A program made the translations under genes and the position numbers. A stretch of 63,429 nt of DNA, filler included, from Ionaspis alba (Eukaryota), in the NCBI GenBank assembly GCA_964255285.1. It is 14 parts of 14 records of this genome, joined end to end, with 100 filler letters (N's around TTAATTAATTAA, not from the genome) between each part and the next. Parts side by side here need not be neighbours in the genome. Positions count along the whole stretch, not along the records: positions 22,942 to 27,397 come from CAXUUL010001103.1; positions 27,498 to 31,950 come from CAXUUL010001104.1; positions 32,051 to 36,482 come from CAXUUL010001105.1; 11 more parts are not named here. One strand, written 5' to 3'. This document shows positions 25,875 to 36,582 of this stretch, one piece after another (the first letter of the stretch is position 1; the number at the start of each line of letters is the position of its first letter). The notes below the pieces were generated by a model. It was not told the DNA's origin. It searched no databases and worked only from the letters and a program-made list of their open reading frames with translations.

Positions 25875-27371
25875 TCACAGCGTAGGAAGGTCAAGAAAAG
25901 GGTGCAGACCGCCCTCGTACAGATATTGCAGGGTGAGTTTTTCTTCTACATTCATTTCCCAGAACTTCGGACCAAAGGGAGATAGGTGCTGAAAGGAGCG
26001 TCCGTTTCCGAGACATATGGCATTAAGATGCGTGTCTATGTCCCTGAGCTTCTCCATGAACGAGGACCAATTTGATATTCTCCTATCAGGATGGATCGAG
26101 AGTCTCTTGAGCGATTTCCGGTGCTTGTTAATAAATTTTAAAAGTCCGGCTTCCAGGCACGGTACTCCTATGAGACTGAAGTCTCGGAGGCAGGGAAAAT
26201 ATGTTCGATCTATTAAAGACGTTAGCTCTCTGCATCGGAAAGAAAGGCGGCACGAGAATTTGGGAGCCTACACACCAAATAGATCATTGAGATTGACTCC
26301 AACGCCAGAGTGAAGATAAACGCGATGAAACTCCAAGAGTAAGACCTGAAGGTTGAGCGCAGCTCCCAATAGTGGACCAAAGCGACAGGAGAGGAGTTCC
26401 AGCGCCTTCGGAGATGGCTGCTGTGAACCAAGATACCATTGAATACCTTGCTCCGGGGCATAACCTGACCCGACGGTCATATACAACTCTCCCAATCGTT
26501 CGAACTGTACATGCTCATCTCTGGGTTGAAGGCTGGGGTACGGGAGTGACACGGTCAGTTGCTCCGAGAAATGGGTTTCAAGGCTTGTTTGGCAAGCTTT
26601 GATGACCCTAAGTTGCCTCGCAATACTGGGCTCGCACAGAGTATGGAAGAACTCTACCATTGCCTGTCGCCACATTGCAGCATGCTGCTCAGCCTTGGCT
26701 GGGTTGGCCTGGGTGAAAATACTTGCTACCCGTGGCAGCAGAATTCGCTGGCCATTCGAACGACGATCCGTACCCTCCCTACTGTCCGTGAACGGTTTGC
26801 GCCAATTCATATCCCCCACAATCTTCACCTGCTGCATCTGCGGCATAGCTGTGAAAGCCCCGCTGAGGTAGCTGAAGATAGAAACTTTCTCGCGTGTACG
26901 TTGTTGTTCGAGCACACACTTGACGTAGTGGGGAAAGGCTAGTCGAGTGATTTCGGCTCTCCACCGGGAGTGACCTTGCAATTCAAAATCAATACCCCGG
27001 AAGTAGTCTTGCTTGGACTCAGCCAGTGACTCTTCGTAGATCCTGGAGTCGTAGATCAAAGTCGTTACGTATTTGCTGAAGACGGGATGCTTGGCGATTT
27101 CTTGTAGTCGAGCGAGATCGCGTTGGCAGGAGGAATAGTAGACATTGACGACCAGGAATTGGGAGGCTGCGAAATTGAAGGTTCGACATACTTGCCGAAT
27201 GTTTTTGATATCTTTGGTGCGTTTCTTGAGAAAATGGAAGACATGGATCCATATCTCTGCAGGGATGTCGAGTTCGCGATAGGTAGCTTCAGAAGTGTCC
27301 CTGTCTTGGGCCCGAGCATGATCTTGTAGGCGGCCAGAGGCACCGGTATGCCTTTCAAATTGGATGAACAT
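25875..27371 (-). CDS. F-box domain protein
   Basis: LDIPAEIWIHVFHFL..IKNIRQVCRTF (F-box). Intron 26210-26275 (GTGTGT..CTAAC..TAG) joins the main ORF to the 25875-ending frame (..LFD RTYFPCLRDFSL..). The start may lie beyond the contig edge. Confidence 0.8.
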
Positions 27372-27397
27372 CTTGAAGCAAAAGTCTGGGTTCTCGA

Positions 27398-27497
27398 NNN
27401 NNNNNNNNNNNNNNNNNNNNNNNNNNNNNNNNNNNNNNNNNTTAATTAATTAANNNNNNNNNNNNNNNNNNNNNNNNNNNNNNNNNNNNNNNNNNNN
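27398..27497. other. Artificial contig linker
   Basis: 44N-TTAATTAATTAA-44N. Confidence 0.98.
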
Positions 27498-27514
27498 CCA
27501 CCTCAATCGGCCAC

Positions 27515-28302
27515 CTATCTTCCCAGTCTTCTTCTCAGAAGCTTGGTCTTCCCCACTTGCGCTCGAAACTTGTCCCAACTACGCTCTCTCTCCTTCCAAT
27601 CAGCCATTTGGCTCAGCATAAAATCCCAGGTTAGACTTTCCTGTCTCAGCGCTTCTGTTCCATTTTCGCACCGCTCCATGTACAATCTTCTCTCCCTGGC
27701 AAGCGTGGCAGCCTCAAGCCCAACAAGGTCAGGGTCCTCGTGCGGAGACAGAGGAACCGTGTCTTCAATCTCACCGAGCCCATCATCTGCGGGTTGAGGA
27801 GACGGTCCTATGTCACCCGGGTGAACATCTAAATTCGAACATTTGACCGCTGTTACCATGTTTCTAGCTAGTGCATTCAGTCGTGCTTCTTCTTCTACGC
27901 AAGCCAACGTAGCTCGTCGCGCAGCCACATTTTCGTAGTGGCGGGCTCTTGGACCGTTTGTGGCAGGAGACCATTGGTTGATGTTGAAGCAGTGCTTTGA
28001 GAGATCGCCCACGCTATCGCTGTGGATACGGTTGAATCCCGGCGCGTAGGTGGGTGGTCGAAGGCCAGCGGGAGGTAGGGTTGTGGACCGCTGGATAGCA
28101 TTGGGAATCGAAGAGTGATAACTGGGCACCTGTTCGGACGTTAGGGGCGTGGGTGTGCAAACAGGAGGACCTGTACCTCTGAAACGTAGGAAGGTGCTGA
28201 GGACCGGATAGACAATGTTTCTGGATCGCGTCGAGTATACGTTGGAAGAGGATCGGAAATGTGAGGGGCAGGCGCAACACTGGCGAAGGTATCACCGGAC
28301 AT
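27515..28302 (-). CDS. Fungal hypothetical protein
   Basis: Exon 1 MSGDTFAS..SIRSSAPSYVSE, intron (GTACAG..CTAAC..CAG), exon 2 VPSYHS..RHYENVAARRA..EDPDLVG..WDFMLSQMADWKERERSW. Confidence 0.8.
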
Positions 28303-28723
28303 GACTACGTACAATGCCCGAGTAGCTTCGAATCCCAAGAAGTACTCGATCCGACTATTGAATTTATCGGCAGTCCAAGTGCAGCTATTAGACGGATGCG
28401 CAGTGCAACAACACCACTGCAAGTGCTCGAAATCAGTTGCTCGTCCAAATAATGACGAGTGGATTTCCCCGCACAGTAGATTATCATAGGCCGAGAAATC
28501 CAGGGTGCAAAATATTTCAGTAAATTACCGAAATCGTTACAGTACAGTTGTGTGCCATACAGCACCAATTGGTTGGTATTTAGTATTGATATAATTCAAA
28601 CAAAAATTGTTATTATTATTAATTACTCAATGAGTTTGAATGATCGCAATGTTTGATAGAAGATTTACGTAAATTATGATTATTAGTATAATATATTGCC
28701 AGAACCCCATTGATATAACTGGA

Positions 28724-30244
28724 TTATCCTGTACCGTAGAACATGGTATTATCCTGTTGGAACACCCACAAGGCAAGCCTGTGCCGCATAAAGAGGCCTA
28801 GCAACCCACAAACGCCTTGCAAAATCAATATACTGATAGCCAGTCGGTCTTCCCTCATAGGTCCAAACCAGACAAGCCAGAGATTGAGGAGCGTGAAATT
28901 ACTCGACTCAATTATGACGCCGTCGGGGCTGACTTTGATCTGTAATAGATGGAGCTTGTTGAGGAGTTTCAACGCAATGGCAACGGTAAGCGAGGGCGGC
29001 CGTTCCCACGGAGTAACTGAAGGTTCCAGCAAGCCACTTCTTCCGTTGAATCGAGGAAGACGATGTCGTGGACAAGGAACGAGGTGAAAAAGTTGTGGAG
29101 CCGAATAGATAAAATTGAAGATCTGGGGAATGAACAGGAGCAGAAGTGTCTTGCTAAAGTGGCCCAATATACCCACAATGGCAAACACCATACCTGCAAA
29201 GTAACAGTATGTGTCGCCAACAAACACCTTCGCAGGATACCAGTTGTGCCACCAAAGTGCTAAGGACACTCCGATGAAGGGCAATAGAAAGTAGATGGAA
29301 AAGAGGTGAGAGTCAGTCGCGGGATGGGGATATGGCGTAATAGGTGCAAGGTACAAAGTATCGTTGATCAGAAGTAGAATGGCGATAATAAGAGACTGAG
29401 AGACCTCGATCCCATTGATACCTGCCAGTATGTTGATACTGTTTGGACAGAAGATAGCAATCGCAGCCATGTATGTATAGTATAACCAACCTAGGTCCAG
29501 TAATTCTCCAAAGAACCGTTGTAGTGGTACAGGGACAACCACTTTTGTCACACCGAAGTCGACAAAATATACCACCAGCATCGGGATCGACGCGAAAGCA
29601 GGGATGAAAAATTTGTGGCGCCAACGTATATCGAAAAGATCGTCACCGAGACCGAGAAGAACGACAGATTGTAAGGACAGGATGGCAGATAGGTAGAGTG
29701 CCAGCTATTCTCATAGTCTTCATTAGCAGCAGTCGAAAGGTCGAGCATTTTGATATTGGGCAAAAAACATGCCTTGCTGTGTGGAAATCGGTGGAGCAGA
29801 CGTCCAGTCTCTACCTGTTGCAGGTCCAGAAGCACGTCTCTGTTGCCACCACCAGAGGTGGCAGCGACAATGTCCTTGTAAAAGGGGAACGGGATGAAGA
29901 CGATAATTATCAAAAGGTAGACGACGGCGCAGACAGCTCCCATCGCCTCCGGACTGCAGAGTTTTAGAGCCAGATCTTTATTATCGAATCTCCTATCAAG
30001 AAGAAGCCTACATTTCAATTTTCCTGTACTTTGACATGTCCTTTCCCTTGAGCCCCGCAGCCATGAAGATATTGCCCAACCATCGTATCAGACTGTAGGT
30101 CATAGTGAAAGCAATGCCGCTCAACGCCAGGGAAGCCACCAAGGGTTCTCCATCGCCCTGGAAGGTATTGCCAACAATAGCAAGACAGGCAAAGGCGAGG
30201 CTACAGAGACTGTAGGTCTCGATCCTGCTGAGTGTTGTGATCAT
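28724..30244 (-). CDS. ALG7: UDP-GlcNAc:dolichyl-phosphate GlcNAc-1-phosphotransferase (DPAGT1)
   Basis: GLKGKDMSK; IPEAMG; LGLGDDLFDIRWRHK; NSINILAGINGIEVSQ; FVGDTYCYFAG; PCPRHRLP; two introns, the second GC-AG. Confidence 0.97.
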
Positions 30245-30662
30245 CGTGGCCGACCCCGTTTATAGCGCCTTGCTACCCAAGTTGGACGTGTTAAAGCCGC
30301 GCCAAGCCCGCACCTATCCGCATCGCCGCTACGCCGTATCTAGGACACTTTTAAACTACGACATCTAGGAGGGAGATCAGTAACGCAACGCCCGCCTACG
30401 ATACCAGATCACTACTTCGCTGGGCGGCCTGACCCTCGTCCGTTCTTGCACCTCCACTATTCTCGGCTACCCTCATTCTGCTGCGAATTCAAGGGCAACC
30501 GCCAGGGAAATGGCGTATTTGGATAACATATAGTTAGATTGGCCGACCCAAGGCCAGTCGTCGTACATTATTATCAGTAGCGCTACAAATTGCCAGTGCG
30601 TCAGATTAGGCCAGCAATATAGGGTCCGAGATGATCACTGTCGCATTGGCAAAGTCTCAACT

Positions 30663-31950
30663 ATGACCGAGCAAGGTTTCGTTGCCCTCGCGCATGGTAG
30701 CTCGGATCTTGTGCTGGCTGCGCACTTCAACTTCTACGGCACGCGTCTAGTGACCGGTTCTGCCGACCACCGCATCAGAGTGTTCGATCTCGATGAGCGC
30801 GCAGGATGGCAGATTGTAGACGCTTGGCGCGGACACAATGGAGAGGTTCTAGATGTAAGGTGGTTTTCAGAAGTGCGGTGTCTTTGCGCACCAGCTGAGA
30901 TGTTTGCTAGGTCAAATGGAATGGCTGTCTCACGGGCCAAGTACTTGGCAGTATCGGCGAAGATTTGAAGTTCAAGGTTTGGAAGGAAGACAGAGCAGAG
31001 GACCTGCTTAGTGGGCGTATGTTCAGGAACATCTTCACGCAATCTTGTGCCCGCTCTGTCGTCTACGCCTCGCTCGACTTTTTAAACCTTCGTTATGAAA
31101 CATACGTGGCAATTGCAACCAGGGATGGAATGGTCAGCTTGCTGGAACCTGTCGATCCCGAGAAGTTCGACGACTGGATGGAGATTGACCAGTTTTGGGT
31201 GTGTGGTGGGCCAGTACCACGTGGGGTAGAGACGAGCTTCAAAGTTGCATTCCAACAAGCAGAGCGATCCAACTACATGGCTATGGCGAGAGGAAACGGT
31301 GTCGAAACCCTTTCGCTTGCCGTTGCGGCTATGGAAGTTGTCAAAGTCTATCGTCTGGTCAGATCAGGAGAGGGAGCCCGTAGCCGGTACCACTTTCTAC
31401 CTCCATCGGCCATTTTGACCGGATCAGGGTGCTTGATCCGGGACATAGCCTGGTCGCCAGAGAGCTTCGTCCGTCATGACTGCATCGCTACTGCAGCAGC
31501 GGATGGCTTCGTTCGATTCTATGATATGTTCACTCACCCGGCAGGCGGATCCAACGATACTCAGTCAGGTTCGCAAAGAAAACCACTTGCCTCAAACTCC
31601 GGTGCCATCTCAACAAGAGCCCAGAGCCACGCTCCCTCGGGTATTGGTGCCGGCCTCGCAGGCTCGTTTCGTGCAGATCCTTCTTCAGCATCGTTACCCG
31701 TGTCTCATGAATGGAAACTGATAGACACTATCAAGCATGAAGGCGTGTGGAGAGTTGCGTGGATCCGTGCCGGTGAAAAGCCCTCTCCTTAACCAGAAAT
31801 CACGTCCGCTCTTATTGATTACGGCACAGGTAATAATATACTCGCCTCAACAGGGGACGGGGGCAAGGCTCACCTATGGAAGCAAGGCCGTGACGGCAGA
31901 TGGACCGAGTTCGCTGACTTCGGTCCGGACACAAATGACCTCGGGATCAC
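30663..31950 (+). CDS. SEH1: WD40 nucleoporin/SEA-GATOR2 subunit Seh1, stop beyond contig end
   Basis: HGSSDLVLAAHFNFYGTRLVTGSADHRIRVFD; WRGHNGEVLD/VKW; IRDIAWSP; VWRVAW; ILASTGDGGKAHLWK; two introns. Confidence 0.88.
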
Positions 31951-32050
31951 NNNNNNNNNNNNNNNNNNNNNNNNNNNNNNNNNNNNNNNNNNNNTTAATT
32001 AATTAANNNNNNNNNNNNNNNNNNNNNNNNNNNNNNNNNNNNNNNNNNNN
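31951..32050. other. Artificial contig linker
   Basis: 44N-TTAATTAATTAA-44N. Confidence 0.98.
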
Positions 32051-33836
32051 CCTGGGAGGCCACCCCTCTCTTGTCAGTCATACTCTTGGACCTCATTACT
32101 CTGTGCTTAAAGCAATCTTGCTCCCCTCGATCGCCCGAGAGCCTAGACCTTAACTCTGCGGGCCTGAAGGAACTCGTGAGCACGGATGTGGATTTCGAGA
32201 AGAAGAGGACACAATACGAGCCTGCATCATAGATATTTAGGTGCCTGCCCAACGATTCTGGATGACAGGCCACTGGATCGATACCGGAGCATACCATGCA
32301 CCTTCGCCGCCTAGTACCGATATCGAGTAGAGTAGTCTATAGAACCCAGTCAGCCTCGAGCTTTCGTCCGATCGTATACCCCACGGCCCTATTGGAGTAG
32401 GGCGGACTCACCTTTCGGACTGACGACCAAGCCCCTTCCCTTCTTAGCCCCTCGATATATCGTCTCCATGATGTCTATCATCTCCTGCTTGTCCTCCAAT
32501 AGCCAGTTTATCTTATTATTGTTCCCCGTTCCAAAATCGCACATCATGTGTTTATTGCGGAAGAAGAACTGGATCTTGTCAGCAATTGTGGAGCGATACA
32601 GGGAGGCACTATGGCGATACCATTATAGTGACAGGGTCCCAGAGCTCGTACATCTGATTGAAGTCGCCTACTAGGTCTAGATCGCAAGTATAGATGATGG
32701 CAAAGTTCTGAACAAGTTCGGCAACCTCTTGCGGAATGTCAATAAATTCCTCGAACTAGGTAGATACATACTATACTTATGAGTATTTCATCCTGTCTCA
32801 TACATTCTGGTTCCCAGGAGCGACCAAAGCGAATGACCACAAGACGTTCCTGCTCGTCCATCTGCATAATAATCATCAGTAGCATCCTACAAATGCATCC
32901 GTGTATATTGGAGGACCAACAATAGACTGATCGACGTGCCAGGCGCTTATCAGCTTTTCTACTAGTGGCTTTTTTTCCATATTGGCCGGAAGCACCCAAA
33001 TTCAGAACGTCGACGCCCGAGAGAGTTGGACTTGATGTCGCTGAAAGAGGTGATTCACACGTAAATAAACCTGGTCGGGAGAAAAGGGGAACGGCAGATT
33101 GAGGAAGGTGTGATGATTTGGTTGCGTCAATTCTGATGTAATATCTAGTAGCAAGCCGACTTTGGTGTTGCAGAGGGTTATTTTCACAAATAATGGTGCA
33201 TGTGATTACGAATACGGGCAAGGCTAAAGACTTCGTTTTGAGCGATTACGCTAGTGCTAGAACTTTCCAACCTCTAGAGTAACGCTGAAGAAGGTGGAAA
33301 TCGCTACGGTAGAAATCGGTTGGTTAAGAGTCACGGAGGCTAGTCCTCCGAGACGGCTAAAATACTGGAAATAAACTAGTAAGTCGTCACTGCCAAAAAC
33401 CCCTCCTTCAACGCCACTCGTGCTGATAACATGCGTGAGGGAAGCGAATGTCCATTCTCTGCCTGATCAGGTACAAAGAAGAATCATCGGTACTGAAAGA
33501 CATAGCGGTCATGTAGCTACTGAGGTCTACTTTTAGACTTCTTCCTCAACGTTCGATGAGACAGGATTAGGTCAAAGGCTGCCACAGCGTTCAAGGAGAG
33601 CAGGTCGTTATGTGCAGTCTCCGTCGGTCCTTCATCTTCAAATCTCAAACGCGCGTGATTGGTCATAGGGACTGCGACTCTTATGTAATTTCATAATACA
33701 ACAACGGCAGAGATAGCGCGCACCAGCCTGTCGCGGATAATAGCAGGCCATATGTCTCAACTCAATGCTAGAGCGCAGGTCTCGAGGACGAGATCAGGTT
33801 CCTGGAGTTTCTGCTTATCACTAGGTCACCCCATAC

Positions 33837-36482
33837 TCATTGCGTTCCCCAGGCTAGAGCAAATATTAGTACAAGGACGATCCAAAAACTAGATTTCGGT
33901 GGATGTGGAAGCGTTCTCATCCACATAATGATAGAAGCTGTCTCCAAGACGAATACTGTGAAGTAAGACAGTACGAAAGCGAGCCTGATTAGCAGAGCAT
34001 CTCGGAAAGCCGAATGAGAAAACGTCTGCAGTTTGCGCCAGAATCGCTGCGGTAAACGCTTGAACGCTTGGATAGGAATGAAGGCGTCTAGTTGTCGACT
34101 CGTTTGACCAGCAACGGGAAACCGTGGTTTCACCGGTTCCGCAGTAGTCTCCAAGCTCCTAGATCTGGTGGCTTCGGCCATAGAGGGTGTTTTCAGCGCC
34201 TTCTCGAGGATTTCTAGGACTTCATTATCCTGTGCAGCATCGACCCCCGATTCAAGGTAGAGTACGTCCTCGTCAAGCTTTCTAGGGTGCTCTGCGGCTG
34301 CGTTAGATCTAGAAATTTGTAGGGCAGTCCTACCGGATCCGTCAGCAAGTGTAATATCGGCGCCAAATTGAATCATCATTTCCACACAAGGTGCATTCCC
34401 GCACTCAACCGCTAAAGTCAACCAAGTGTGCTGACCGAGCGCCGGGTTACTCGCGAAGAGGTTTCCTATTTGTGCATTGGGCGGGATACCATGTGCCAGG
34501 AAATGGTAAATCGCTTGATGCCAAGTGCTGGTGATAGCCTGGTACATGTAACTCATTTGCGCAGATAGCGTTTTGCTTCCATACAGCATTTCGCCAGAGA
34601 AGACTTGATTTTCCCAAAGGTTCTTGAAGGCCCGAGGACAGACTTTCTTAACCCGCGGACTTATGAGCACATTGAACAAAGGGTCATGATATCCAACTCC
34701 CAATGTTGGAGCAACACTACGTTTCGACAGAGTAGCGAGGAAATACTCTAGCTCAGTATCCTCCCGTGGGCCACCCAGCATTATAATGGTTGGTAGTGCT
34801 GAAGTTGCGCAGGCACCTGCCTCCATTAAAAGTCTGGCAGTATCTCGGTTCCCGCGCTGAGCTGCAGCTCCAAGGAAGCTCGCCTTCAGGCCTCCCTCAT
34901 TGATATCCATACCTGCGGTGATGAAAGGTTGTAGCATTGAAGGTGTGCCAGCCGTTGCTAACATAACAAAGAAGTTGAACCGTGCCTTTTGGTCCGCATT
35001 CTGGACCTGAGCAATGACAGTATCAATGCCGAAATAACAGTGGGTCGTCATCCCACGAGATACTGACGTCCCAGTGTCATTCGTGTGATAGGCGTTTAGA
35101 TAGGTGTCAAGTCGCTTCCGGAAAGAGACATCTGTGTAAGCTAAAATGCCGATCAACCAGATATCAATTGGAGCTAGCTCCTCCACGGACCATGGCTCCG
35201 ACTGACTCAATACACAATCTTGCAAATACTGAAAGCCATACGCATCCTCGGCACAAGATACGAGCTTCGTCAAATTCGTGTTGCCAATTGCCCAAAGGGG
35301 TTCCTCGCCACCTACCACTGTTCCGCCACGAGTGGAAAAGTAGTTGAGAAATTCCCGTGCATGGAAGACTTGAGGATTTTCTTTCTTTCTCCATCCCATA
35401 CTGCGGCAAAGTTCTTTCGTCCCATGATTACTACTCGTGATCAGCATACACACCACTTAAGGTATGGCTTCCATACCTAAGGGTGGCTCCGGCTTCGAAC
35501 AGGAAATTGAAACATGTCATTTTGTGAGAACCATATAAGACAACATACTAATGATATCAGCTGAAGACTCGTAGCGGTTGGATATGGTCCACTTACATCA
35601 AGAAGAGATACCGAACGGCCCCAACTATCTATTACATGATCATTTGGTCGCGAGAGCCGATCGCTCATGACGCCTCTCAAGCCAGCAAGGTCATTCTCGT
35701 CTAGCGCACGGCGAAGCAAAGGGTTATGATTGACTGATGTCGGGTTCATGTTTATACCCAGGCTTGGCAGTGCAGTATTGGAACGACCACGAGCCTCCAA
35801 GATGTATTCAAGCATGTTATTAGACAGCCAGCGTGGTGGAATGAACGTTACGACGATTCTTGTCGCCCACGATCCACCGTCGCTGGCCTCGTCAGACACA
35901 TCGTCTGCTTCCTCCTGGAGGACACCAATGTCCAGTCGTCCAAATGGTAATGAATGATGTACCAAATGCCAGTAAACCGGAGCTGCCATAAAAGTTCGAG
36001 GACCCCGTTTTCGACGGCGAGCTCGACTTTCGACTTGCTGGCTGTCAACAATCCTTGCTTGGAAGAGGCCAATTTCGAGCTGCTTGTGTAGGGCTTGTAC
36101 TTGGCTACTGCAAAGGGTCACTGCCTGCTGCTGTGACTGATGGTTCTGCTGCAACTGCGAGCATATAGACTGAGTGCCAGCGGTGGTGAGATCTTCGAGT
36201 CTCCTACTGCGGTACGCCAGCCCATCGAGCTTTTGGCTTTGGCCATGCCTCAGTCAGTATAACGCCCCGAGACTGATGAATATGGTGCTTACTCGTCTAT
36301 AAGCAACAATACCAACTTCAACGCCTCATGCTGTAAAGTGATGCGGTGCGCCAACTTTTCCACACTGTCTTCTCGAAGAAAGGTCTTGATCCGCAGGCGT
36401 ACCATCTTCGTTGACAATGATGGTACATTGAGCTGTTGCAACAGCTTCGATGCCCCATTTCTGAAATTGTTCATATCACGTT
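33837..36482 (-). CDS. Ankyrin-repeat protein with helical N-terminal domain and C-terminal TM helices, 5' partial
   Basis: Three GT-AG introns link ORFs 36289-36474, 35477-36154 and 33837-35456. ANK-like segments FLGAAAQRGNRDTARLLMEAGA and WLTLAVECGNAPCVEMMIQFGADITLADGSGRTALQI; hydrophobic C-terminus. Confidence 0.8.
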
Positions 36483-36582
36483 NNNNNNNNNNNNNNNNNN
36501 NNNNNNNNNNNNNNNNNNNNNNNNNNTTAATTAATTAANNNNNNNNNNNNNNNNNNNNNNNNNNNNNNNNNNNNNNNNNNNN
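36483..36582. other. Artificial contig linker
   Basis: 44N-TTAATTAATTAA-44N. Confidence 0.98.

Noticed and set aside
26210..26275. Premature stop in the F-box gene
   Set aside because: The TAG lies inside a 66-nt intron with a CTAAC branch point.
13784..27397. SDR, P450 and nearby transporters as a secondary-metabolite cluster
   Set aside because: They lie on different contigs separated by linkers, and no PKS, NRPS or terpene synthase is present.
28560..28723. AT-rich island as a RIP-mutated or foreign fragment
   Set aside because: Short and immediately downstream of the ALG7 stop; consistent with a terminator or intergenic region.
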